A DNA stretch of 64,000 nt from the human T2T-CHM13v2.0 reference genome, Homo sapiens. Position 1 is the stretch's first letter. The number at the start of each line of letters is the position of its first letter. A program made the translations under genes and the position numbers. The notes beneath the pieces were generated by a model. The model did not search any database. It was not told the DNA's origin and worked only from the letters and a program-made list of their open reading frames with translations. The stretch lies in the NCBI RefSeq assembly GCF_009914755.1, contig NC_060931.1; one strand, written 5' to 3'. This document shows, in pieces, positions 27,901 to 44,849 of this stretch.

Positions 27901-30009
27901 ACCACTCTGTAAAGGAACTAATAATGCATACTATAAGAGAAAAGTGATGCTTTATTCAATTGAAGGAAATAGGAGAGACAACATGGATGAAGCACCTGGG
28001 ATGAGCCCTAGAGATGCGTAGAATTCTGAAGAGTGAAGGTCAGGGAAGAACAGAAAAAGTTACTCTAGGCATGACCAAGATCCTCAGGTAGGAAGAAGTA
28101 CATACAGCATCTGGAAAGCAGCCAGTCACTCACTTTGGTGATGTGCTGATTGCCTGTGACCAAGGAAGACAGGGCCTAGTAAAGCCACAAGCCAAGGGCT
28201 GGAAATGTCAGCCTGAGGAATTTATACTAAATTTTGCAGAGGCAGGAGTGCCCATAAAAGAGAAATCATCAACTACCCAGACTTCACATGCAACAACAAT
28301 AACTATTTCAGAATATGGACAGTACCTTATAGAGAGCAATAGAGCTACTAAAGTTTCTTAGTTTTCCTATTTGTAAGAAAAACACACACAAAAGTTCTGA
28401 GTTTAAACTTATTATAAGAGCCTAAGATTAGTATAATACAAACATTTCTGAAATTACATGCTTAGATATATGTTGAAGACATTATTTCCCTGCAAGCTAT
28501 CCTGAACCCTAAAGAGCTTGCAAAAATAAATACCACTCTCTAATAAAAAAAAATAGTAACCTGAATTCTAAATTTATATTCTTTACATAATCTGTTAGGT
28601 GTCAAACAAAACACTATACTAGAGTGATACATATCCTTCTAGGAACTGAATAAAAAGTGACTGATCTAAACAAAGCCCTCATTTTAGCCTGCTCTGATTT
28701 TAAACTTCGTAGGACAAGCCAAGGAGACACTCACTCTCCCTCTGAATTAAAATTTCTACTTCAATGAATAAACAAGAGAGTGTAATATTTTACACCATTA
28801 ATTACACTACTTCTTATTAGACCACTGAGGATACTGTTGGGTCACCCTGCTGGCAATAAGACATTTATTTATACTCCTTTAATTTGCAGAACCCAGTGAA
28901 ACTTAGATAATTAAAAAGGTATTTAAAACTTAGATCATTAAAAGAACATTGACCAAACACAGCAAGTTTCCACATATACCAAAATAAACTAAAAACTCAT
29001 TTCAAGATCTGACCTTTAATTACATCCTTTCTATTTATCAAAGACAAATGTCAAAATACCCACACGATTGCATTTCAGTGCCAATGGAAACCCAACAATT
29101 GCTAAAGAAACCTTGCAAATGGACACTGAAAGTGAATATTGTAATCCTGCTTCTTAGGGGTATAAGTAGAATGTAGGGGATTTTGGCGAGACCCCTTATT
29201 TCTGAGCACTGCCAGGGACCAGGATGTAAAGGTGACAAATCTCTTCCAGTATCTGGCCCAGTTTTTTTTTTACTGGGGGAGGAGGAGAGCAGCCATGGAG
29301 AAAAATTTCCCCTATCCTAACCCCATTTCAAAAGATGGATGTAAGAGGAACGTGCCTTTGCCTCTCTTGATGGATTTATCTCAATAAGAGATGTTCTCTT
29401 CCCTTAGGGGAAGACTAAAACTCCCCAGCCACATGGTGCCAAGCCAGTTGGCATGGCCAGGGGCTGGGGTTTCCCTGGTGCAGCAGAAGCAGCATGCTGG
29501 GTGCTCATGAGTACTGCAGCACTGCCTTCTTCCCATTATTTCCCCACGCAAAACAAAACAAAACAAACAAACACACAAAAAACCTTTCCCAAGTACCACC
29601 CAAGACAAGTGCTAACTACACTTCTCCCTCTAGTTAGGTTTCCAGAGGACATAGAGCACTGGCCAACTCAATTCCTCCACAGGCCCCCCGATAAGTCACA
29701 GAGAAGAAAAAAAATGTATGGGAAGCTTAAAGTAGAAAAAGCAGGACTGTTCTTTTGAAGAAAATGCTCTATAAAGCAGGCAATCTACCTCTCACATAAA
29801 TGCAACTAGCTTTCATGATAGAAACTCCTGGGCTACCTGCTCTCTCAAGGTAAAACTACTGAACTAAAAATAAGAATGTATTGATTTTCAGCGATAGTGT
29901 GCCCCTGCAGAAAAGGAAAGTCCTCAAGTTTTAACAAGTTCGAAGAGAAGGTAGTTATTGGACAACTGCTACATATTTGTGAGTAGCCAGAGTCCATTTC
30001 TATATATAG

Positions 30010-30341
<332 letters not shown>

Positions 30342-30772
30342 GTAAAATCATCTTTGAACACAGCATTGTATCCATAGCAAAGTCATTTGTGGATGCCCTC
30401 TCAGAGAAGCCAAAGGGCTGCCAAATATGAATAGGAGCTTCCAAGTCTCCTACTATTGTTTTCTTTCATTAAATTGTATTATCCTAACAGATAACTTCCC
30501 AATAAAGGTAAAAAATTTAAATACTAAAAAAACTGCTCTTAAAAACATTGCTAACACTTGCAGAATTCAATTTTGATTAAAAGTCCAAGATGAGTATTTC
30601 ATATGGGTTTGTGCAGTGGCATGCAAACCACCTTTCACATTCATCACTCTGTGGATTGAGTCCAGGGTGATATATTTATAGATCTACTACGTGTCCATCC
30701 ATCTTAGAGCCATAGTCTTCAGAGACATGACTAGGTATGCCAAAAAACCAAATGGGATAGAATACACTTAAA

Positions 30773-31678
30773 TGTTATTACCCCTGCATCAGTGCCCTGA
30801 CATTGGGCCTGTCCAGGGAGGAGCCACATGGTGAACACGATCTTCAGGCCACATTCATCAGTGGGCAGAGGCAGGGCAAAGGACAAATCTGGCAAGTGTC
30901 ATGCATGGGGGAGTCATCCAGGAATCTCTGAGCCAAAGAGGTGGTGGCCCTGCTTTCAGGGGAGACCTCATCTCTGCCTGGAGTGACTTCTGGATTGTAG
31001 CCTTTCAGATTAAAGATTCCTCAACCCTATCATGGGCTGCTCTGAGGACCCTCCTTCAGACACTTCCAGTATAGACACAGTATCCACTGCCTGGGGAAGT
31101 CAGACTGGTGGTCAGCTGGAGGGGTGGCTTACATGCTGCAGGAGGAGGCTGTCCCACAGGGGCAACTCCGCTCCCCACGGAAATGTGCGGACCCTCACTC
31201 CCTGCCAGCGTCTTCCCCATTCAGAATGCACCTGTACCTCAGCAAAAAGAATCCCTGCCCATGTTCTAACGAATCCCCAAACCCCCATTGCCCCTTGGAT
31301 GTCCACCCTTGAGTGGAGTATAAGGCGTGCGGGTGACCTACATCAGAAACAGGGTGTGATCATTTCTGAAAAGCACCCACCGCAGGTGATGTCATTGAGT
31401 TACAGGAAGAGTGGTCTTTTAGTTCATCACATCTGGGGCCTCTGGTCCTGGCACAAGCTCAATAGCTAGTGCCTGACAGCATTCAAGTAGATCACATGAC
31501 ACCCAGGAGGGGTTGTGAGGACTCTGGGGAAGAAAAGCCATCTCCAGTGGGGCAGGGAAGCCTTGAGGTCTGAGAGGTAGGTATGAGGATGCTAGGGGTA
31601 TGACCCACCTTGTGTGTGGAGGGAGGGGGTAGGGAAGGCCTCAGTTCTCATTATTTCTGCCTTCTTCTCCTTAGGACA
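30773..31678. mobile_element. Putative ancient LTR-like element (family not recognised)
   Basis: A roughly 900-bp GC-richer block with sharp edges in AT-rich DNA, bounded by TGT...ACA; no clear TSD. Confidence 0.35.
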
Positions 31679-32376
31679 TAGGCGGGGGTCTCAGGTGTAT
31701 CCATATCAAGCTGAGAAAAACACTTTAATTTCACAAATTGGTGGAAAACCACCAGTTTATACTGACATCATTTAGCCTATATTGAACTTACACCTATGTT
31801 AGGCATTTTCACAAGTCTTTTGTTATCTTGCCATTTTTTTTATTTTAATTCTAGACAGTAATTTCTATTTTTCATATTTAACCATCTTAATGTTCATGAG
31901 CTCTAATTCAGAAAATGTATCACTCCCTAACCTTCAGTTCCATCTTTGGCTTTTGCTCTCCAGAACTCATGTGATAGTGTCCTGACCTGCACAGGACCAA
32001 GTTCCTAATATAAGGGCCAGGGGCGAGGTCCCTGTTCTGGGCAGAGTAGGACCTGCCGGCCTAACCTGGAATTGTCAGATACTTTAAATAAGTACAGACT
32101 TCTTCATTCATGTAAAAAAGAGTTGAGTAGGCTACATAAAATCCACATGGGCCATTTCCAAGAGCCTCTGTGATTCTGCTCAGACCCAACTTGGATGAAG
32201 ACTTTTCCACACCCATCCAGAAAATTCTGCTCACAGTAAACGGGAAGTGAGTGGAAGTGCCAGGATGCTCACACCCACACAACTGTACCAACACCTGTAG
32301 CATCTCTCTCCTCTCAAATCTTTGTTTTTAGTTTCTAGCCACCAGCTTACCCTCTCTTTGCCTTCCCCATGAGAGG

Positions 32377-33079
<703 letters not shown>

Positions 33080-33883
33080 AGAGGCCTCTCAATCTCATTG
33101 GCTCTTGATTCCTCCTCAGGTACCTTTCAGTAGCCTCTCATCTCTCCCAATTGCCCACACAGAAAAATTGCATATTCTATTCCAGTTTCTACCTCAATTC
33201 TTGTATCCCTGACCTCAGCACTGTCTTCAAGGACGTGACAGGCTGTTGTTGTGAAACAGCTGACTGTGTACTCAGGAAACCACAGATTTTTTCCCGACTA
33301 GGGTTTTTAGAAGGCAGGAGTGGATTACTAATAGGAAAGAGAAATTATACTACTGCATATTCAATAAAAACGAGCATGCAAATAAAGAACAACAACAAAT
33401 TAGGTCAGAGGCTATGGTGAAAGGAGCCATTATTAGGAAATTCCTGAGGCAAAGTGGGGTGTTGGCCAAGTTCTAGCAGTTTAAAAGCCAAAGAGATCTG
33501 TTCGTGAGTTCCCAAATACAAACGCCAGTATTGAAGACCAAGGAAGAAAATTTGTAGTGTGTAGGAACAACAGAAGAACTAGGACCCTGGTAAAACAGCT
33601 GGGATGAGGAGGAGAGGGCAACTCTGCACAAGATCAGGGGTTCTGACACTAAGGTCAGTGGGCCAGAGAGGACTAAATTGTAGTACCACAAAAGATTTTT
33701 TTTAAAGGGAAATTATGATTATTAAGGCAGGTAAGGAGAGAAAAAAATCACATTGGAAAATTGGTTTCTCTGTATCTTACTCCATAAAAGTCTCCCCCAA
33801 GTAGACAAGCTTTAATATGTTTAGCTTCTTTTCCAAAAATTCAATAAAGAATTTTTTAAAAATTAAAAAATATGTATGTATAT

Positions 33884-34029
33884 ATTTCAGAGATAGGGTC
33901 TTGCTCTATTGCCCAGGCTGGAGTACAGGGGTGCAATCATAGCTCATTGCAGCCTCCAACTCCTGGCCTCAAACAATCCTCATCCCTCCTGAGTAGCTGA
34001 GACTTCAGGCATGCACCACCATACTTGGC

Positions 34030-34077
<48 letters not shown>

Positions 34078-34191
34078 TAGAGACAGTCTTGCTGTGTTGT
34101 TAGGCTGTTCTCAAACTTCTGGCCTTAGTGACCCTCCTGCCTTGTCCTCCCAAAGTACTGGGAATACAGGCATGAGCCACCATGCTTCGCC
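33884..34191 (-). mobile_element. AluJ with linker expanded to T44
   Basis: Diverged J-type arms; uninterrupted T run at 34033-34076. Confidence 0.9.
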
Positions 34192-34549
34192 TGGATTTTT
34201 AGAAATGTGTATCAGGACCCAGCCTGATATAAATTTAGCAAATTTTGGCAAAGCCATCATTTTTCTTTACCCCTAGCCCCACAAACAGCTCTTGCCTTGA
34301 ATTCCTTGTTTCTTTAAAAGTACTACTGTTTTTTAAGTCCACTGGCTTGAAGAAGCTATGGTTTTTGGCTTTTCTTCCAACCATCCCCAATGCAGGGGCC
34401 AAATCCTGGAAACTCAACCTACTTCATTGTGTTCCTGAAGAAGACATAAACAATGAGCCATCCTGCCTCCTTGAGCTATCCCCATCCTGGTCAAGCCTTC
34501 ATGACACGGTCATTCCCCACCACTAATACTGGAAAATGTTGGTTCACCT

Positions 34550-35272
34550 GTAATACAGATCATCCAAATGTTGATGCATTTCATTATACAATATAAAAGT
34601 AAAAAGTCTAAAAGTGTTGGTATGCTGTTATGTTCTCAGTGGCAGAAATAACACATTTTCCAAAATTTGCATTTTTGCTTGAAAGTTCAAATTTTATCAT
34701 TGGCAATAAATGTTGTCAACTGTTTACCTTGAAGTGACAGGCTCTTGTTATTCATTTCCAAAAAAATGTCTGTCAAACACCAAAGTCTGAGTAACTATTG
34801 TGTGTCAGTCTACCAAGTAAAATGATATTCCATGAAAAAACTGTCTAGTTCACTTGTTTTCACTCTAATATTTGTGGAAGTGTTTTTCCTCAAGACAACC
34901 AGCATTCTCTAGTACACAGCACAAGTAATTTATGTGTGCTTCCTATCTTGTCCCACAGAATATTAAAAAGATGTGAACCCGAGGGACTGAGATTTTTATT
35001 GCTTCATCAAGGACATTCTTAAGTGAAACTCCTATTTTTTCTGCAAGAACAAAAAGAGGTAAAAATTACAATCACTACAGTTTGGTGCCAGGGTCTTGAT
35101 TCACACTAAGTAGCCAGAAGTTTTCCCAGCATTGCTTTTGCACCATTGACACAAACATCAAATCCAAAGTAAAAAGGCGGACAACATCTTACAATTATCA
35201 TGAAAATAATTTTGCCCTTACAGACTCTCCAGAAGGGTCTCAGGGACCCCTAGACTCCACCTTGAGAGCACC
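34550..35272 (-). mobile_element. Charlie1-family hAT DNA transposon fragment (5' end)
   Basis: tgcttgaaagttcaaattttatcattggcaa...aagggtctcagggacccc...ttgagagcac matches the reverse complement of the Charlie1 left end. Confidence 0.75.
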
Positions 35273-35910
35273 TACTAAAGACCATTAAAACCCATTCCCA
35301 ACAGGCCTGCCTCTCTCCAGTCTATCTATACTGCAGACATTTTTATTTCTGGCTTACCCTAATATCTAGTCAAGCAGAATTTGGGCTCTCCCAGCTGGGC
35401 ATTTGCCCCTAAAATTCCCTCTGCCCAGAATACACCTATCAATATCTGACTGTTGTTTCAACCTGTGGTTTGCACCAATGGCTGCGTAAAAGAATCACCT
35501 GGCAATCTTTAAAAAATATATACAGAAAAAAATCTATTCCAAAGCTCTTCCCTTTAGAGACTTTTACTTAATTTGAATAGGGCCTAGCCTAGGAATAGAT
35601 ATTTTTCAGTGCTATCTAGGTGACACTCAGTTCAGACGCAGTGAGTCCATCTGATGTGCTACTTCCTGAAAGAACACCATTTAGATTCTTCCAGAACAGG
35701 TGCACTCCTGCTTTGGACACCTGCAGCCTACTGTTCTCACCTCCTCCATGGCACATTTCATTTCTGTCTTGCAGTCTGACTATTGTTCTGTTTATCTCAT
35801 CTTTCAACTACGCTTCAGACTCCTTGGAGGTAGCACCTTGCCTCACTCCTCACTGTATCCTCTGCCATGCTAAGCATGGTGCCATGCCCAGGACAGAGAT
35901 CCAACATATG

Positions 35911-35996
35911 CCATCTATCAATCCACCCATTCATCCATCCATCCATCCACCCATCCATCCATCCATCCATCATCTATGTAATCTATTTATCTATCT
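35911..35996. repeat. (CCAT)n/(CTAT)n microsatellite at an Alu tail
   Basis: Directly visible repeat adjoining the minus-strand Alu 3' end. Confidence 0.85.
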
Positions 35997-36276
35997 ATTA
36001 ACAGAGTCTCACTTTTTTGCCCAGGCTGGAGTGCAGTGGTGCGATCATAGGTCACTGCAGCCTCTAACTCCTAGGCTCAAGTGATCCTCCTGCCTCAGCC
36101 TCCTGAGTAGCAGGACTACAGGTACAAGTCAAAATGCCCAGATTATTTTTTACTTTTTGTAGAGAAAGAGTCTAGCTATATTGTCCAGGTTGGTCTCAAA
36201 CTCCTGGCCTTCCTGATCTTCCCACCTTGGCCTCCCAAAGTGCTAGAATTACAGGCATGAGCCACCATGCTCGGCC
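35997..36276 (-). mobile_element. AluJ
   Basis: J-type motifs (gcagcctctaactcctaggctcaag). Confidence 0.9.
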
Positions 36277-36277
36277 T

Positions 36278-36720
36278 ATTTTTTAATTGTGGTAAAATAC
36301 TCATCACAGAAAATTTACCATCTTAATCATTTAAATAGTGTACAACTCATGACACTAAGTACATTCACAAGGTTGTGCAACCATCCCCATCATCTAGTTC
36401 TAAAACTTTTTTAACACCCCAAATGGAAACCCCATACCCATTAGCAGTCACTCCTCATACCCTCCACCCTCCTCTCCCCAGCCCCCAGCAACCACTAACC
36501 TGCTTTCTGTCTCTACAGATTTACCTATTCTGGATATTTCATATATATGAAATCATATAATGTGTGACCCTTTGTGTCTGGCTTATTTCAATTGGCATAA
36601 TGTTTTCAACGTTCATTCAAGTTGTAGTATGTATCAGTACTTCATTCCTTTTTATGGCTCAATAATATTCTATTGTATAGAAACACTTTGTTTATCCATT
36701 CATCCCTTGATGGACACTTG
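36278..36720 (-). mobile_element. L1MB-type 3' end
   Basis: tttaattgtggtaaaata...aaatttaccatctt...ttgtgcaaccatc...ttctggatatttcatata. Confidence 0.85.
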
Positions 36721-37056
36721 AATACATAGTTTTACTAAAAAATGCTCACCTTACGATCATACATCAAAGAAAAGCAACTGCCAGCCCCAGCATCCCTGCC
36801 CCATTTTCCGCCACAAAGAACATGTGTCACAAGTGGGGAAACCAGAAGAGAAAACCTAAGATTAGCAAATGACTGCAAACATCACTTTGTAACTACAGAA
36901 AGAGTGAGCTCTGGCCACAATTCTGTTTATAACATATTCATAACCAAGGCAATGAAGAGTGAAGAGCCTGTTCTTTAGACCAACTAAAGGACTTGCATTT
37001 ATATTTTTGTAAATATCAAAGAGAATAAACAAAGTCAAAAGAATTTATTGTACAGT

Positions 37057-37189
37057 TTTCTTTTCTTTTCTCTTTTTTGTAGAGTCGGCTGTTGTTGCCC
37101 AGGCTGTTCTCGAAATCTTGGCCTCAAGTGATCCTCCCACCTCATCTCCAAAGTGCTGGGATTACAGGCATGAGCCACTGTACCCGGCC
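37057..37189 (-). mobile_element. FLAM / Alu left monomer
   Basis: Single monomer with T-rich tail; GTACAGT on both flanks. Confidence 0.85.
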
Positions 37190-37193
37190 AGTA

Positions 37194-38113
<920 letters not shown>

Positions 38114-39919
38114 TATGGCTTTGATTTCCAAATAGAAGCTTAGGTCTAAGACCAAGCTTCATGACATGCCTCTTCCTTTACCTTGAGTCAATCCTGGACA
38201 TCCAAAGACATCACTGCACTTTCTAAAAGCCTCTCTCCACTCAACTCTTTAAAACCTTTCTTCTCATATCACCATAAGAAAGAATGGCCTCCTCCTCCAG
38301 AGCCAGGAAAATCCATGCACGATTTTCTACACAAAATACAGAGCTATTGTGTAAGGAAATTCATTTTGCTTATTGAACCGTCCCCATTTTCCACAAAAAT
38401 CTCTGATCTTCTTGCAGACTTCTTATTTATAATATATATATATATATTTTGTCTCCTATATTTTTTTCTCCTCCTCTTGAGACCTTTTATAAAAGAATAA
38501 CAACAGAACCATGGAGACAAGATTGAAGAAATCATTTCTGTAAAAATCCCTGCTGCTTACTTGGGCTATATTCAATTTTCTCCTTCTTGTATTTTAGAGA
38601 ATTTATAGGAATCACTAAGTAATTTATTGTCATACTTAACAAGATTTAATTGAACTGCTTCAAATGAAAATCATTCAAAAGAGACAGGCAAGATGATGAT
38701 AAAGTAAAGAAGTAAGATTTCAGAGTAATTTGAAAACAAGATAAATATTTTGGCCTCTCAATCTACCCAAAGATACTACACCAAAATAAAATTCACATTT
38801 CGTATAAATATAGAGTAACTAATACTCAATGACTCTATATAGAAACCATTGCCAAAAAAGCCTTCCTTCTGTACCTCACCGTTGAGTGGCCACTGGGACT
38901 TCTCTCCATACTTCAAACTCCCCTTCCTACGTTTTTCCCTTCAGTAATATAGACCAAGATGCTAAGATCATCTTCTCTTCTAACCCCTTCAACCCCAGTC
39001 CTGAGCCTGTCTTCAATCTATGAATGAAACAAGCCAGTTTGGCAAACAAGCCTGTTTGGCAAGGGGAGAGGAAGCAGGAGAAACTGTTAGCCCTCCAGCT
39101 CACCCCTGCCATGCTCCCAAACTCTCCATCTGTTGTACATACAGAGTCAGAGCCCAGTTTCTTCAATAACCACCCAGAAGACTCAAAACTTCATTTTTCC
39201 CTAAATGTAGATGTGCCTTTCCCTATAAGTCTGAATATTCAGTGGCCTACATATAGCTCGTACGCATCTTCATCTTTTTCTAATGAAATTGTGTATCTAT
39301 GTGAAAAAATGGGGCAGGGATGGGACCAGAGCTAGTCACTTTGGCTCGCTGTTTCCAATCATTGTTGGCAGTAAAAACACCCATAGACAATGGCCAAGTC
39401 ATTATGTCATTCCATCAAGGACCCAGAGCAGCAGAAGAGATATCCAGAAGGACTCACTCTCCAAGACAAGAAGTGAAAACAGCAGGGTGGGAGGGAAGCA
39501 GAGGAAGACAGAGAACTGAATAAATGGAGAATCCCAGAAGCTTTGCCAGATAGAAGCCTCCGCCCCATTCCACCCCACCCTGCCGCTTTTAGCCTCTGCC
39601 CCCACCCCACTGTGGCAGTAGATCCCCACCAGTCCAGGCAGTAGGTGAAGGGGTACAATAAAGGGCAAATATGTCCAGGGCAAGACAACACTGAGGAAAG
39701 AGTAGTTCTGGCCCGCCAAAGTTAAAAGCCCAACACCATCTCAGGATGGCTTCAGATCTACAGTGCTGTTGGCACTCAGACACCTCTGACACATTAATAT
39801 TGGCCCAAACGTCTAACACTGATTGAAATATAGGTTCTGTGGCAACATGTGTGCCAAATCCAAGCAACTGTGCCCTAAACGAACATTGGAGACACAGCCC
39901 TTTCATAAGGAAACAGAAC

Positions 39920-40421
<502 letters not shown>

Positions 40422-41359
40422 AGATTGCTCTTTTTAATAATTTAAGCTTCACTTAAATTATTACAGAGAATTCCTAATTAGTCCCCTTGCCTCAAAGCCT
40501 ACATACAAACACCAACATTACTAAACAAATAACAGCTAAAACTCTGAACAGTAAAAACATCTATTAATAATTGCAGAATTTTTTTTCATCCACTGGGCCA
40601 CATGTCATTTGTTGGAATTTTTTGATAAAACTGTTTAGTAGCGCTATTTTAAAATAATGTTGTAATGCCATGAAAAAGAAATCCGGTCTCAAATTTCACA
40701 AATTTTGGGTGAGGTTTACATTGTCTGGATTAGTAATCTAGACAAAAGAGAAAAAATACTTTTTTTGTGTTTATATCCTCAAAATCAGACACTAAAACCC
40801 CTATGTTCCTACTAGTCATACTAAAAGTAAATGGACATATCTAGAAGAGGACAAATTTTGGGGACACATCTGAATTCTATAAACCTGGTTTGACATAAAG
40901 TCAACTTCTAATTATTCACCCTCACAATACAGACTTCAATATACATAAATAGAGATATATACACATCTGTTTATGAATTTAGGTTGATACCAAGAGCAAA
41001 TACTATATTATACTATATAAAATTGCAAATCTTTCCTTCCAGGCTCATAAGCAATATATCTACTGAATATTAATGACCTCAGAGGCCTGATTCCATGATC
41101 TTGTGAGCTTCTTCAACAAGTCTTTGCTAATTTTAGAATAATTCAACATTTGGAGAAACAGTTGGACATTCCAAGGCCTGAAATACATAATTATCAAAGT
41201 TAGGTCACTGCAGTCATTTGACTGTAGGGGGATTGGGAAGTACCTTTAAATTTTTCATTCTTTGAGAACAGAGGATTCAGCCTACGAGACTGGCATCAAG
41301 GGAATTCACCCCATGATCTCAGTCATCTTAGCATAAAGGAGACATTTATTAACTAGCAG

Positions 41360-41520
41360 GTGTCACTTTCTGAGTACCTACTATATGCCAGACACAGTGC
41401 TAGATATTTTTGTATGTTATATCCTCATGATAAAACTGCAAAACTAAATAACTCTCTTATCATCTCATATGTGGAAGTGCTGGGATCTGAACTTGGTCAG
41501 CCTGACTCCAAATCTCATGC
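41360..41520 (-). mobile_element. MIR fragment
   Basis: tgagtacctactatatgccagacacagtgcta...cctgactcca. Confidence 0.65.
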
Positions 41521-42456
41521 CCCCTTCCCGTCTCATGGTATTTCTCTACCAGATATGATATTTTCTGTATCCTTGGATAAAGACTCTGATCTCCAAGAAG
41601 TCTTCTTCCTTCTAGGGAGTAGTAACAGGATGCTATCCTGTTATTAGATTCCCCACATTCCCCTATGTGTTCTGCGGAGCACAGGCTCCTAGTGCTTCTT
41701 ACAAAGGTCCATCTCCATCAACAAAACGTTTAACATAGCTTTAGACAAATCCACAGGGGCAAGGTTCCTTCTCTCTTTTGTCCACTTTATGTTCTCTCGG
41801 TCACTGACCTCTTAGCATTAGGTTCAATTTTCTTTAACTTTCAGAAACCTTCCCTTCTAGGCTTCCCACCTACATTATTTCATCACCCTTGTTCAGGAAA
41901 TCTTCACCCCACTCTAATGTGAGAGAGAATAGCAACAAATTGAATGCTTTTAACTTTTAAAAATTAGATTTCATTTGCAGACAGCAAAGAAAATAACTCT
42001 AGGCAGGAAGGCTCATGGACCAACATACAGATATTCAGGGTCTATGAAATCCCTTTCTGGTTTCCTTTTATTCTTCTTTGAGAGACCAGTGGTTTTGACC
42101 CCACTCATGCGCTGAAACTGCTCTTATCAAAGTCATGACCTTCCTGGTGCAAAATTATATCTGATCTCTTATTAAACACAGATGATACTCTCTTCTTTTT
42201 GAATTACAGAGTATATAGTATAGAATTCTACATTAAAATCAATTTCTCCAGTCACTTCTATAAGTATTTGATTTACATTTACTCCTGACTATAAAAAAAT
42301 GCTGCAAACAATATTAGATAATATTTTCCACATTTAAGTTTTCCCTTGGATTCTGCTTTGTCTGATATTAACATTGTCATACTTGATTCTCATTTGCCAT
42401 TGCTAATAGATCTTACCCTGTCTTTTTATTTTTAATTTTGGTGGGTCATTATGGTT

Positions 42457-42692
42457 AGTATTTTTATAAAATTGTGGTAAAAAACAAAACATAAAATTTA
42501 CCATCTTAGTCATTTTTAAGTGTACAGTTCAGTAGTGTTAAGTATATTCATATTGTTGTAAAAGAGATCTCCAGAACATTTTCATCTTGCAAAACTGAAA
42601 CTCTATACCCATTAACTCCTCTTTCCTCTGTCCCCCCAACCTCTAGGAACCACCATTCTACTTTCTGTTTCTTTGAATCTGACTACTTTAGA
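42457..42692 (-). mobile_element. Short 5'-truncated L1MB insertion nested in older L1M-like sequence
   Basis: L1MB 3' terminus motifs; TSD GGTGGGTCATTATG(G/T)TT at 42440-42456 / 42693-42709. Confidence 0.82.
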
Positions 42693-42723
42693 GGTGGGTC
42701 ATTATGTTTTAAGATTGTCTCTT

Positions 42724-42868
42724 TTTTCCTCTTCTTCTTATTTTTAATAATACAGATGGGGTCTTCTTGTGTTGCCCAGGATGGTCATGAACTCCTGGCG
42801 TCAAGCAATCCACACACCTTGGCCTCCTAAAGTCCTGGGATTACAAGCGTTAGCCACCACGCCCAGCC
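42724..42868 (-). mobile_element. FLAM_C-like Alu monomer
   Basis: Monomer; TSD AAGA(T/C)TG(T/C)CTCTT. Confidence 0.85.
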
Positions 42869-43216
42869 AAGACTGCCTCTTATAAACAGTATTTAGTTGG
42901 ATTTCTTAAAGCTCAATCTGAGTTTTAACCCTCTAGTGTTTAGCCCAAGTGCATTTATTGAGAGGATGATATATTTGAATTTGTCATTTTTATTTCATCC
43001 TTTTGTTGTATGCTTATGTGCTATATACTTTATCTTCTATGTTGTTATAAAGACTAGTTTTTTTGTCTGCTTTAATTAATTTTAGTATTTTGAAAGTTGA
43101 AACATTGTTTTTATCTTATGAGTGACTATCTTTAAGTTATCAAATATACACTGAAGCCCATATTTCCCTAATTATGTAGTCAAGAACAAGATCACTTCCA
43201 ATTTTCTCATATGAGG

Positions 43217-43691
43217 TGTAGACGCCAAGGGAAACTTCCCCTCTGAAGGTCTGCTGAAAAATTAATTCTCAGAAGGCAAATTACTCAGGGCAAAGGCATA
43301 CAAACTTTATTAATGTATACACAGGGAGAACCACAAAACCCCAACTAGAGTCAGAAGCTTCTATGCCTTCCTGGCAAAATAGCAGGGAGAGAAGAGGAAT
43401 TCTGTTAAAGGGATTGCGAGGGAGAATGAATGGATCAGGGAGCAGGGATTAACTCAGACATTATCTTGGGAAAATGTCCATTCAGGTGTGGTTACATCTT
43501 GGTCTAATAAGATGGAGAAGATCTCCTTGGTGGGTCTGGATTTTAGGCAGATAAAGAACTTTAACTTCATCCTGTGTTTGGGAGAGATGGTGGCTGAGGA
43601 GAAAGGGGGAAGGTCACATAGACCTTGAGGCTTCTTCAGTTCAGCATGTCAAAGTGCCGTATTTGGGGATATGGGTTTCTGAACCCCAACA
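43217..43691 (-). mobile_element. MER39-like ERV1 solo LTR
   Basis: The reverse complement starts TGTTGGGGTTCAGAAACCC...GCACTTTGACATGCTGAACTGAAGAAGCCTCAAGGTC and ends ...CTACA with an upstream AATAAA. Confidence 0.78.
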
Positions 43692-44325
43692 CGGGAATAA
43701 GAAATTTAACATATATCACAAGAAAGTAACATGAAAATTCATGGCCTTTATAAAAAGGACCATGAACACATCTTTGACTCAAAGTCAAAATAAAAGTCTA
43801 GTTAAGTGATTGCAGTTTACACCAGTCATTTCAATCATTCAAGCAAAGAATAGATTCTGGAATTTTAGCTATCAAGTCAAGAAACCTCTTAGCCCCTGCA
43901 TAAAAGAGGAAATAATTTTCTAAATGAGTCTATCCAATGTATCAACTATTTGCTCAATAAATTTTCTACTACCAACCCGTGTAATACCCATGGCAACTTG
44001 TATATTCCAGAACCATTACAGCCTTGAACTATCTTCTGTCACATTCTTCTGCTATAACTCAAGGCAGGCAAATTAATTTCCATTATCCCCAGAATCAGCT
44101 ATCATAAGGAAGAAAAACCTGCTTTAAAAACTAAAGAATATATCCTAAATCTTAACAGACAGAATCTATCCAGATAAAAGGGATCTAACTAGAAGTAACA
44201 GAAGGACTGTCTATAGTTATATGGCACACCTATTACTCTGCCCTGGCACGAGCTATTAATCAGAAGTTCAGAAGTGTATCATGAGGATAGGGTATTAGTT
44301 TTGCTGATCATTAAGAAACTAAAAA

Positions 44326-44619
<294 letters not shown>

Positions 44620-44849
44620 AAACATTTTAAGTGATATAATAAAGCAACATTCCCTATAAGCCATCCTTATGTATAAAGCATAAGTGAGAAATGGTTAACA
44701 TGGACATACCTTTGTCACTATTTAAATAAGAAATGAATTGACCAGAGTATTCTACCCATGTCCTTACAGCCACATTAAAGGATATTCCACCCAGTCAAGG
44801 ACCAAATACAAGTTCTTTTTCTCCTTCCTCCAGTGTAATACAGGAAAGA

